37,277 nt of DNA from a virus. The position numbers and the translations under genes were made by a program. Positions 30,942 through 37,277 of the stretch are shown here, in pieces. Under the pieces are notes generated by a model. That model worked only from the letters and a program-made list of their open reading frames with translations, was not told the origin of the DNA and ran no database searches. The stretch is taken from IMG/VR virus record IMGVR_UViG_3300042876_000891, positions 1 to 37,277 of that record. One strand, 5' to 3'. How positions within the stretch are numbered: the stretch's first letter is position 1; every line of letters begins with the position of its first letter.

Positions 30942-30988
30942 GCTGATTCGTAATCAGTAGGTCCCCAGTTCAAATCTGGGTGTCGGCT
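30942..30988 (+). tRNA. 3' portion of a tRNA-Thr(CGU) (anticodon arm, variable loop, T arm, 3' acceptor strand), the probable attP core
   Basis: The anticodon stem GCTGA/TCAGT carries the loop TTCGTAA (anticodon CGT). The variable loop is AGGTC. The T arm is CCCAG-TTCAAAT-CTGGG, followed by TGTCGGC and T. No matching 5' acceptor strand (GCCGACA) lies at the proper distance. Confidence 0.6.
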
Positions 30989-30997
30989 CTCGTAATT

Positions 30998-31031
30998 ACA
31001 GGGGATTTCGGCCACCGCCGGGATCCCCTGT
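30998..31031 (+). terminator. Hairpin followed by TTCGTT, a terminator-like end of the rightward arm
   Basis: The 9-bp stem ACAGGGGAT/ATCCCCTGT has an internally paired 16-nt loop and a short T-containing tail. Confidence 0.45.
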
Positions 31032-31084
31032 TTCGTTGATGGGCCTACCGCGCGCCTACGCGCACCCTCTAGAACGAACGGAAA

Positions 31085-31115
31085 CGGCCCGCCCTGAGGT
31101 TCGGAGGGCGGGCCG
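31085..31115 (-). terminator. Intrinsic-terminator-like hairpin downstream of the tail fiber gene
   Basis: An 11-bp GC stem (31085-31095 pairs with 31105-31115) with a 9-nt loop, followed on the minus strand by TTTCCGTTCGTTCT. Confidence 0.6.
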
Positions 31116-31192
31116 CTGGGTCGGGTCGTCCGGTGGAGTGAACGCTTCAGGGCGGGTCGGGGCGACCTGCTGCCTGCCGCCTTCCGCGCCAC

Positions 31193-33475
31193 CTAGAGTC
31201 GGTCGAACCACTCGGACACCGTCACGACATCGATCTGCCCGGCGGCCCTGCGGGTCGCGAGCCCAGCGATGAAGGTCTCGAACTCGGCGATCGCCATGGC
31301 GGTGGCGTCACCGACAGGGGCGATCCGGTGTCCGATGAAGATGAGCGACGCCTGCTCGGTGATCGCGCTGTCCACCCAGGACAGGAGCTGTGCGGCGGTG
31401 CGGTTGTCGATGGAGATGGACGGCAGCCGATGCGGCGCCCTCAGCCCGTTGAGCGTGCGGTAGTAGCCGAGATCGCCGTACCCGCCCGCCGTCGAGCGAG
31501 AGGTCTTGATTCCGGTCGTGCCCATGAAAGCCACGGCCTCTGGGCTGAAGTTGCCGTAGGGGTACGCGAAGTGCTCCACGGGTCCGAACCCGTTGGCCGC
31601 GAACACCGTCGCGCTCTGGTCGATCTGCGACTGCATGGCGGGGGTGGAGACTCCGCCGACGATGTAGTAGCGGCCCGCCACCGTGGTCTCTGCCGATGTC
31701 CCCGCCGTGTCGAAGGTGATGGTGGTGTTGTTCGGAGTGGTCACCACCGTCTTCACGCCATTGAACTCCGGTTCGTCGCAGCCCTGGATCTCCAGCGTGT
31801 TGCCGACGGAGTAGCCGTGCGGCTCGTTGAACGTCATCGTGGCCGTCGTGCCAACCCGGGAGTAGCTGGAGATGCGCTTCGCGAACGCCGTGTGGCCGAA
31901 GCTGTGGTCGCCCAGGTCCCACCCCTTCGCCTTGAGTTCCAGTGCCTGGGCTGCGGTGATGTAGCTCGGGTTGGTCAGGTACGAGGTGACGAGGTAGGCC
32001 GTCGCCCTCATCCCCGCGGCGGTGAGCCGGGGCAGGATGTCGTCATAGACGCTGTCCCACCCGTCGTCGAAGGTGAGCATGATCTGCGGCCGCGTCGCCG
32101 CGTTCGCCCACGCCCCGAAGACGCGCATCGTGACGGCCCCCTGGACGTTCGCCAGGGACCGCTTCACCCGGACCTCGATGTGCTTCACCGCCGCCCAGTC
32201 CATGACGCCCGTGACGGTGCAGGAGGCCTTCGTGGTCGTGAGCACGAGGCGGTCGGCCTTCAGGGTGAGCTGCTGGAACATGTCCTGCTTGCGGGCGTAG
32301 TTGAGGTAGTCCGCGACATTCACGTCGCACGAAAACCGGACGTCGACGTTGCAGCGGTACGCGCCGCCGCCGGGAAACCCGATCTCGATCCCAACCCGGT
32401 CGCCAGCCGACAAGTCGAACGCCCCGTCAGCTACCACGCCCGCGAACTGCCCGCTGCCGAGCGCCTCCGTCCAGCCGGTCTCCCATGCTCCGGCACCTGC
32501 GTTGAAGGCGGCGAACGCGCCCGTGGCCGACGCCCCGGGCGAGAGCGTGTGCGCCCCCGCGACGGTGAAGTCCTGGGCGAGCGTGCCGCTGATTCTCGGC
32601 TTCGCGACGGGGTCGAGCGCCTGCGTCACGACCGACCCGTACCAGATCGTCCCGCTCAACGTGGTCAGACGGTAGACGTCTGACTTCCCCGGCGTCACGG
32701 TCATCGTCGGGACCGTTCCACCGGCCCAAATGATGGTGTTCGGCCAGAAGACCTTTCGGCTGCCGGTCGCGTCCTGCGTGAACTGGAGCAGGATCTCTGC
32801 CGCGCCCGGCGCGTCGGGGACGCACACTGCGACATCCTGCGTCAGCAGGACGTTGCGCGCCTGCTTCGTGGAATCCACCACCACCAGGCCAGCCGTTGCC
32901 GGCGCCTCGGACGAGAGGGCAGCTCCGAGCACCGCGGCTTCGGCGGCAGCCTGGGCGGCCTCGGCGGCCACCTGGGCTGCCGCGGCGGCGTTATTGGACC
33001 CGAGCGCGGCGGCCGCGCTTCCCGAGGCGGCAGAGGCTGAAGTCGATGCGGTCTGCTCCGACAGGAGCGCGGCTGCCGCAGAATTCATCGCCTGGGCGGT
33101 GGGATCCACCGAGCGGAAGTCGTCCAGATCGCGCTTCACCTGCTGAGCCGCCATGATCGCCCGGTCGATCGTGCGCTCCACGGCCTCGGACGGAAAGGCG
33201 CTGTGCGCCCCCAGGTTGGTCTCCTGGGTGAGCGGGACCACGCGCTGAAGGCGAACGACGACGTCGACCTCCGGCGCCGCGAGGAACGTCACCGTCCCGC
33301 CGGCCGCCAGATCCTGGTTCGCGTTGAGCAGCGTGGTGAACCCGGCCGCTTGCACCACTCCGTCGAGTAGAACCTGGACGTGGGTCGAAGCGTACGTCTT
33401 GAACCCGAAGGCGAAGGCGACGGTGACGCCGTCCCCCGTGTAGTCCTGCCGCGTCGTCGTACTCGAGATCGTCAT
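31193..33475 (-). CDS. Tail fiber/spike protein with a C-terminal NodB-type (CE4) polysaccharide deacetylase domain (760 aa)
   Basis: The N-terminal fiber-anchor-like text is TRQDYTGDGVTVAFAFGF. An Ala-rich coiled segment follows. The C-terminal NodB motifs are TFDDG, HSFGH, FAYPYG and LIFIGH. AAGGAGAGG precedes the ATG. Confidence 0.75.
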   Translation of the reverse strand: MTISSTTTRQDYTGDGVTVAFAFGFKTYASTHVQVLLDGVVQAAGFTTLLNANQDLAAGGTVTFLAAPEVDVVVRLQRVVPLTQETNLGAHSAFPSEAVERTIDRAIMAAQQVKRDLDDFRSVDPTAQAMNSAAAALLSEQTASTSASAASGSAAAALGSNNAAAAAQVAAEAAQAAAEAAVLGAALSSEAPATAGLVVVDSTKQARNVLLTQDVAVCVPDAPGAAEILLQFTQDATGSRKVFWPNTIIWAGGTVPTMTVTPGKSDVYRLTTLSGTIWYGSVVTQALDPVAKPRISGTLAQDFTVAGAHTLSPGASATGAFAAFNAGAGAWETGWTEALGSGQFAGVVADGAFDLSAGDRVGIEIGFPGGGAYRCNVDVRFSCDVNVADYLNYARKQDMFQQLTLKADRLVLTTTKASCTVTGVMDWAAVKHIEVRVKRSLANVQGAVTMRVFGAWANAATRPQIMLTFDDGWDSVYDDILPRLTAAGMRATAYLVTSYLTNPSYITAAQALELKAKGWDLGDHSFGHTAFAKRISSYSRVGTTATMTFNEPHGYSVGNTLEIQGCDEPEFNGVKTVVTTPNNTTITFDTAGTSAETTVAGRYYIVGGVSTPAMQSQIDQSATVFAANGFGPVEHFAYPYGNFSPEAVAFMGTTGIKTSRSTAGGYGDLGYYRTLNGLRAPHRLPSISIDNRTAAQLLSWVDSAITEQASLIFIGHRIAPVGDATAMAIAEFETFIAGLATRRAAGQIDVVTVSEWFDRL

Positions 33476-33533
33476 CGCCTCTCCTTGGTGGCCCCGAGTT
33501 TCCGGGCCGGCGGGGACAGCGTGCCCCCGGGCG

Positions 33534-36500
33534 CTACTCCCACTTCGACGGGTTGCGGAAGAGCAGGTCCTGGACCGGCTCCTCGAGCTCGCCCGAGAGC
33601 AGCTGGTCGGTGAAGAGTCCGAGGTTCCAGAGTCCCCCGGTCGGCAGCTGCATCGTCGAGCCGACCAGGTCGACCACCGCCTTCGCGTCGGACTTGCCCA
33701 GGTCGTCGCCCTTCACGACCTTCCCGGCCGCGAGCGCGCTCCGATAGATCGTGTCGAGCCACGGCGCTCCGCGGGGGGGGCGCCCCTGAACGCCGACCGA
33801 GACGACGTCCCCGGCGAACGGAACCGTGCTCACCGGGAGGAGCGCCATCTCAAGCGAGAGCCGCTTTGCCACGTCGTCCGCGTCCTCGTCGTCGCCGACC
33901 CCGTTCATCAGGAGATGCTCGGCGACGACCGGAAGGAAGACGAGCCAAAGAAACCGCGCAGCGTACGTCTGGAGCGCCTTCGCGCCCTTCTCGCTGGTCC
34001 GCTCGGAAAGCAGGTTGTAGAGCACGCTCCGGTAGCTGAACATCACCGTGAAGAACTTCCGGAGCTCCCCGCCCCGCTGCACCGCCGCCAGGTCCTTCGC
34101 CCCGCCGCCGGTCTGGGTCATCGACACGACCGAGTCGGCGTAGGCGTTCGGGTTCGGGTGCCCCTCCTCGAGGGCCTGCTCCTTCGCCGCATACCAGGTG
34201 ATCGCGTTCACGCTCTTTTGGACCAGCATGATCGGCATCGCGCCGAACTCGACGACCCTCCGCCTCAGCCCACCGAGTTCGGTGAAGCTCGACTCGAGCG
34301 CGGTGAAGAGCTCGCGCGCGTCGCGGTCGAGCTGCTTGTCGATGAACTTGAACTCCGGGCTCTGCTCCCGGACCTCGGCCCAGCCCTCGCGCAGGAACTT
34401 GCGCAGGCCGGAGACCATGTGCCGACGCCGGAGCTCCTTCCCGGACGTGAAGAGCCCGAGCGCCTGCTTCACGCCCGTCGGGATCTTGCCGAAGAGGAGG
34501 ACGACCGAGGATCCGAAGCGGAGGTTGCGGAAGATGCGCTCGTACCGGAGGAGCGGCTCGGTCGTGTTCCCGTCCGCCGCGATGTTCTCCAGCCAGGGCC
34601 GGAAGCTGTTGAAGTACTCGCGGCCGATCCCCTCGGTGATCGCCTCCCGGACGTCCCCCTGCTGCAGGAGCCGGTCGACGCCGCGGATCGCCTCGTAGTG
34701 CGTCAGGTAGTGGATGACCTTGTCGAGGTGCGCCGGAACGACATCGAGGCTCAGCTCGAGCGGGCTCATGTCGCGGCCGCGGCTCTTCGTGAAGCCGTGC
34801 TCAACGACGGGCGCGAAGAAGTTCGACTCCCAGAGGGCGTCCGCGCGTTCCGCGAGTTGCAGGCCGAGGTAGCTCATCCGGCGCGACTTCACGATCGGGT
34901 AGTAGCCGCCGGAGAGCTTCCGTCCGCCGGGGAGCTGAAAGGGGGTCGCCTCGACCCTCGGCGGCGGCGAGCCGACATGCCGCTCCGAAAGCTCCTTCAT
35001 CGCCGGCCAGAGGGAGTCGACCGTCTTCCAGATGTGCTCGACGATCGCGAGGTCGCCGTCGTCCAGGAGCTGGTCCAGGCGGGCGAGAACCTCCTCGCGC
35101 TTCCAGCCGTAGCCGGCGAGCAGGCGGTCGGCGTTGCCGGCGTTGCCCAGGTTGAGCGCGACCGTGAGCACGTTCCGCCGGGTGAGCGTGACCATCTTCC
35201 CAGCCTTCGGCGAGTACAGGAACCCGACCTTCTCGGCGTAGCGCTTCCGGCGCGCGAGGGTGAGCTCCTGGAAGGGCTTCATCAGCGCGCCGTGGACCGC
35301 CTCGTTCATCTGGCTGCGCGCGTTCTGGGCGTCGCGCAGCGGTTGGAAGAGGAGCGAGTGGGCGAGGCCGGCCGTCTTCCCGCCGTCCAGGATCCGGGCG
35401 ATGAACTCGACCTTCTTCATCTCGGCGTCGGCGGAGCGCAGCCACTCCTTCGCCTTGTCGAGCGCGCCGAGGTCGCCCGGGGTCGGCTTCGCCGCCGTCC
35501 CGAGGTTCGTCCGGACGTGCTCCGAGAGATCAGCCGCCGTGCGCGCAAGGTCGCGCCGCTCCTTCCCGAGGAGAAGCTTCCCCTTCAGCCTGGCCATCGC
35601 CTCGATGTTCGCGGCCGCGGCCTCGACGCCCTGGAGCTCCTCGAGCGTCATCGCCCGCCAGGACTTCGGCTCGGAGAGGTCCTTCAGCGCCGGCGAGACC
35701 GTGTCGCCCTCGGCCTCCATCTCGGCGACGTACTTCGCGAGCGAGGCGCGCTTGCGGACCGCCTTGCCGCTCTCCTTGCGGAGCTGGATGCCGTCGATGA
35801 GGGCGTCCAGCGCCTCGACGTAGCGCTGCCCGGCCTTGCCGATCCGGCGCCGGGTGCCGACGTCCTCGAAGCCGCGGAGGTAGGCGCGGATCCGCTCGAC
35901 CTCCTCCTTCGCCTTCGCCGTCTCGGCTGCCATGAAGTGGTTCCAGATCTGGCGCCACTTCGCGTCGTAGGCCTCCGCCCACTTCTTCGCAGCGATCGCC
36001 TTCCCGAACTCGGCCGCCGACGTCGCCTCCGCGCGCCGGTACTTCCCCGGCTGCAGCTCGAGGTCGGTCATCCGGGCGACGCGCTCCTTCGCGCCGCGGC
36101 GGAGAGCCTCGACGGAGACCCGGCCGGGCCCGGCGGCGAGCCGCTTCCCGACCACGTCCAGCTCGCGGCGCATCCCGACGACCAGGCCCTCGACGTCGTG
36201 GACCGCCTTCACCGACATCTTCCCGAGCTGGGCGAGCTGCCCCTCCGGGTAGCGCTCGGCCATCCGGCGCTCGGTCTCCGCCTTCACCCACGTCTCGCGG
36301 CTCGGCGTCGTCACCAGCGCCTGGACGAGCTCGTGGCCGTCCTTGAAGCCGAAGTAGGGGGCGAGGTCCTCGGCCGAGAAGCCACCCTCCTTCGCGAGGA
36401 AGGGGGCGAGCCGGCGCAGCCCGCGCGCGTCCGTGAGCCCCTCGAGCGACGCCGGGTCCAGCTGGGCGCCGGCGATCGCCTCGTCGACCACCTGGCCGTC

Positions 36501-37277
36501 GAGCCGCTCGCCGGTCCGCAGGAACTCGCGGAGGTTGAAGACGGGGTCGAGCGTGGAGAGCTCCTGGACGTCGTCCCGGACCGCGTCCCGCTCCTCGCCG
36601 AGCTGGCGCCGGAGTCCCTCGAGCGACCGCTGCTCGACGGCGGCCTGCGCGTCGCGCGCGGCCCCCTGCCAGCCGGACTGGTAGGTCGCGAACGCCTCCG
36701 GCGTCATCCCGGCCTCCTCGGCCGTGGCGAAGGCGGGCACGATCCCCGCCTCCTGGCGCGCCTGCGCGATCTCGGCCTCGGTGGCGAGCAGCCGGTCCAT
36801 CACGCCGCGGACCTCGTCGGTCAGCTCGACGTTGAGCCCGCGGAGGGTCCGGTAGACGTGGAGAAGCCACGCCTTCATCGACTCGAAGGCCTGGACGAGC
36901 CCCGGCGCCGGCGCGCGCCCCTCGCGCAGGTAGGCCTCGAAGCCGCGGGCGAAGCGCTCGAGCTGCTCGGCGGTGAACTCGCCGGAGAGCGGGACGCCGA
37001 GCCACTCGTGGATCGTGGCGAGGTCGGCCTGCAGCTCGGGGCTCTGCTCGGCGGTCTTCCGGAGCGTCTCGAGGAAGACGTGGCCCGACTCGTGGATGAA
37101 CGTCGAGAGGTTGGCCGACCCGGTCAGGGTGACCTTGAACCACGCGCGGTTCTCGGGGAAGGTGACGCGGCCGCGGGGCGAGGACTGCCCGGGCTGCTCG
37201 AGCTGGACCTGCCCGGCTACTTGCGCTGCTTCTCGAAGAACTGCTCGGCCGCCTGCGAAACCCTGTCGCTGAGCTCG
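33534..37277 (-). CDS. C-terminal part of the same giant virion-associated protein, including an HExxH zincin-like motif. 37151..37277 duplicates 1..127.
   Basis: The track ORF 33534..36878 stays open upstream to the window end in the same frame. Upstream text is ...FPENRAWFKVTLTGSANLSTFIHESGHVFLETLRKTAEQ...EQLERFARGFEAYLREGRAPAPGLVQAFESMKAWLL. Third-position GC there is near 100 percent. No ATG, GTG or TTG precedes the HExxH segment, so it must be read from upstream. Joined ORF is 6,588 nt, or 2,195 aa. Confidence 0.8.
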   Translation of the reverse strand, partial: RAQRQGFAGGRAVLREAAQVAGQVQLEQPGQSSPRGRVTFPENRAWFKVTLTGSANLSTFIHESGHVFLETLRKTAEQSPELQADLATIHEWLGVPLSGEFTAEQLERFARGFEAYLREGRAPAPGLVQAFESMKAWLLHVYRTLRGLNVELTDEVRGVMDRLLATEAEIAQARQEAGIVPAFATAEEAGMTPEAFATYQSGWQGAARDAQAAVEQRSLEGLRRQLGEERDAVRDDVQELSTLDPVFNLREFLRTGERLDGQVVDEAIAGAQLDPASLEGLTDARGLRRLAPFLAKEGGFSAEDLAPYFGFKDGHELVQALVTTPSRETWVKAETERRMAERYPEGQLAQLGKMSVKAVHDVEGLVVGMRRELDVVGKRLAAGPGRVSVEALRRGAKERVARMTDLELQPGKYRRAEATSAAEFGKAIAAKKWAEAYDAKWRQIWNHFMAAETAKAKEEVERIRAYLRGFEDVGTRRRIGKAGQRYVEALDALIDGIQLRKESGKAVRKRASLAKYVAEMEAEGDTVSPALKDLSEPKSWRAMTLEELQGVEAAAANIEAMARLKGKLLLGKERRDLARTAADLSEHVRTNLGTAAKPTPGDLGALDKAKEWLRSADAEMKKVEFIARILDGGKTAGLAHSLLFQPLRDAQNARSQMNEAVHGALMKPFQELTLARRKRYAEKVGFLYSPKAGKMVTLTRRNVLTVALNLGNAGNADRLLAGYGWKREEVLARLDQLLDDGDLAIVEHIWKTVDSLWPAMKELSERHVGSPPPRVEATPFQLPGGRKLSGGYYPIVKSRRMSYLGLQLAERADALWESNFFAPVVEHGFTKSRGRDMSPLELSLDVVPAHLDKVIHYLTHYEAIRGVDRLLQQGDVREAITEGIGREYFNSFRPWLENIAADGNTTEPLLRYERIFRNLRFGSSVVLLFGKIPTGVKQALGLFTSGKELRRRHMVSGLRKFLREGWAEVREQSPEFKFIDKQLDRDARELFTALESSFTELGGLRRRVVEFGAMPIMLVQKSVNAITWYAAKEQALEEGHPNPNAYADSVVSMTQTGGGAKDLAAVQRGGELRKFFTVMFSYRSVLYNLLSERTSEKGAKALQTYAARFLWLVFLPVVAEHLLMNGVGDDEDADDVAKRLSLEMALLPVSTVPFAGDVVSVGVQGRPPRGAPWLDTIYRSALAAGKVVKGDDLGKSDAKAVVDLVGSTMQLPTGGLWNLGLFTDQLLSGELEEPVQDLLFRNPSKWE
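37151..37277. repeat. Terminal direct repeat copy 2 (redundant with 1..127)
   Basis: Identical to 1-127. The unique replicon length is therefore 37,150 bp. Confidence 0.95.

Larger units (their letters stand above)
29586..31031 (+). mobile_element. Integration module: xis-like gene, int, arm-type repeats, tRNA-Thr 3' fragment (attP)
   Basis: This is the combination of the features listed separately. It is the typical layout for tRNA-targeting temperate elements. Confidence 0.65.

Noticed and set aside
30902-30988. A complete tRNA gene
   Set aside because: The required 5' acceptor strand GCCGACA is absent. The best candidates are GCCGGAA at 30902 and GCGCGTA at 30911. They leave about 5-14 extra nucleotides before the anticodon stem and mispair with the 3' strand. 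Only the 3' two-thirds is tRNA-like, as expected for an attP core.
35530-37143. A 537-aa minus-strand ORF overlapping the giant ORF
   Set aside because: It is an alternative frame of the same strand with Arg/Pro/Gly junk composition. The neighbouring frame carries the conserved-looking text, including HExxH.

Overview
The window is a very GC-rich, complete circular phage or prophage-type genome. Bases 1-127 are identical to 37151-37277, so the unique length is 37,150 bp. Because of the high GC content, every frame carries long stop-free shadow ORFs. I therefore called genes from protein plausibility, third-codon-position GC, Shine-Dalgarno motifs and start/stop coupling.

Layout:
- A switch at about 21.4 kb holds an XRE-family HTH gene facing a second small regulator, with a repeated 16-bp palindromic operator.
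- A single gene train of about 27 kb runs leftward from the switch on the minus strand. In order it carries small early genes, a DUF1376-like replication protein, a DnaB-like helicase, small and large terminase, portal, scaffold, a lysis cassette and the capsid.
- The train continues with tail-tubular A/B-like proteins and internal-virion (ejection) proteins. It ends, after crossing the contig junction, at a tail fiber with a NodB-type deacetylase domain.
- A plus-strand arm runs 21.5-30.8 kb. It carries a Cas4-like exonuclease, an AAA ATPase, a DUF669-like protein, about 12 small accessory genes, an Xis-like gene and a tyrosine integrase.
- The plus arm ends at an attP-like region that holds the 3' part of a tRNA-Thr(CGU).
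- I found no RNA polymerase, DNA polymerase, rRNA, CRISPR array or transposase.

Most notable observations:
1. One 2,195-codon ORF crosses the junction. It combines a glycine-zipper-like segment, two tandem GGDEF-like (nucleotide cyclase palm) domains and an HExxH zincin motif in what is positionally an ejected virion protein.
2. A 63-codon ORF with its own GGAG-N6-ATG lies in an alternative frame inside that ORF's linker. Third-position GC switches frame exactly at its borders.
3. A hexanucleotide microsatellite encodes a strictly alternating (Gly-X)n peptide with X = Tyr, Asp or Ser.
4. Twin colinear conserved upstream modules bracket an isolated 212-aa gene that has a RAMP/Cas6-like glycine-rich C-terminus.
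5. A G11 tract sits directly upstream of a gene encoding a CCHC zinc knuckle.

All functional calls rest on motif-level reading. No database search was possible.
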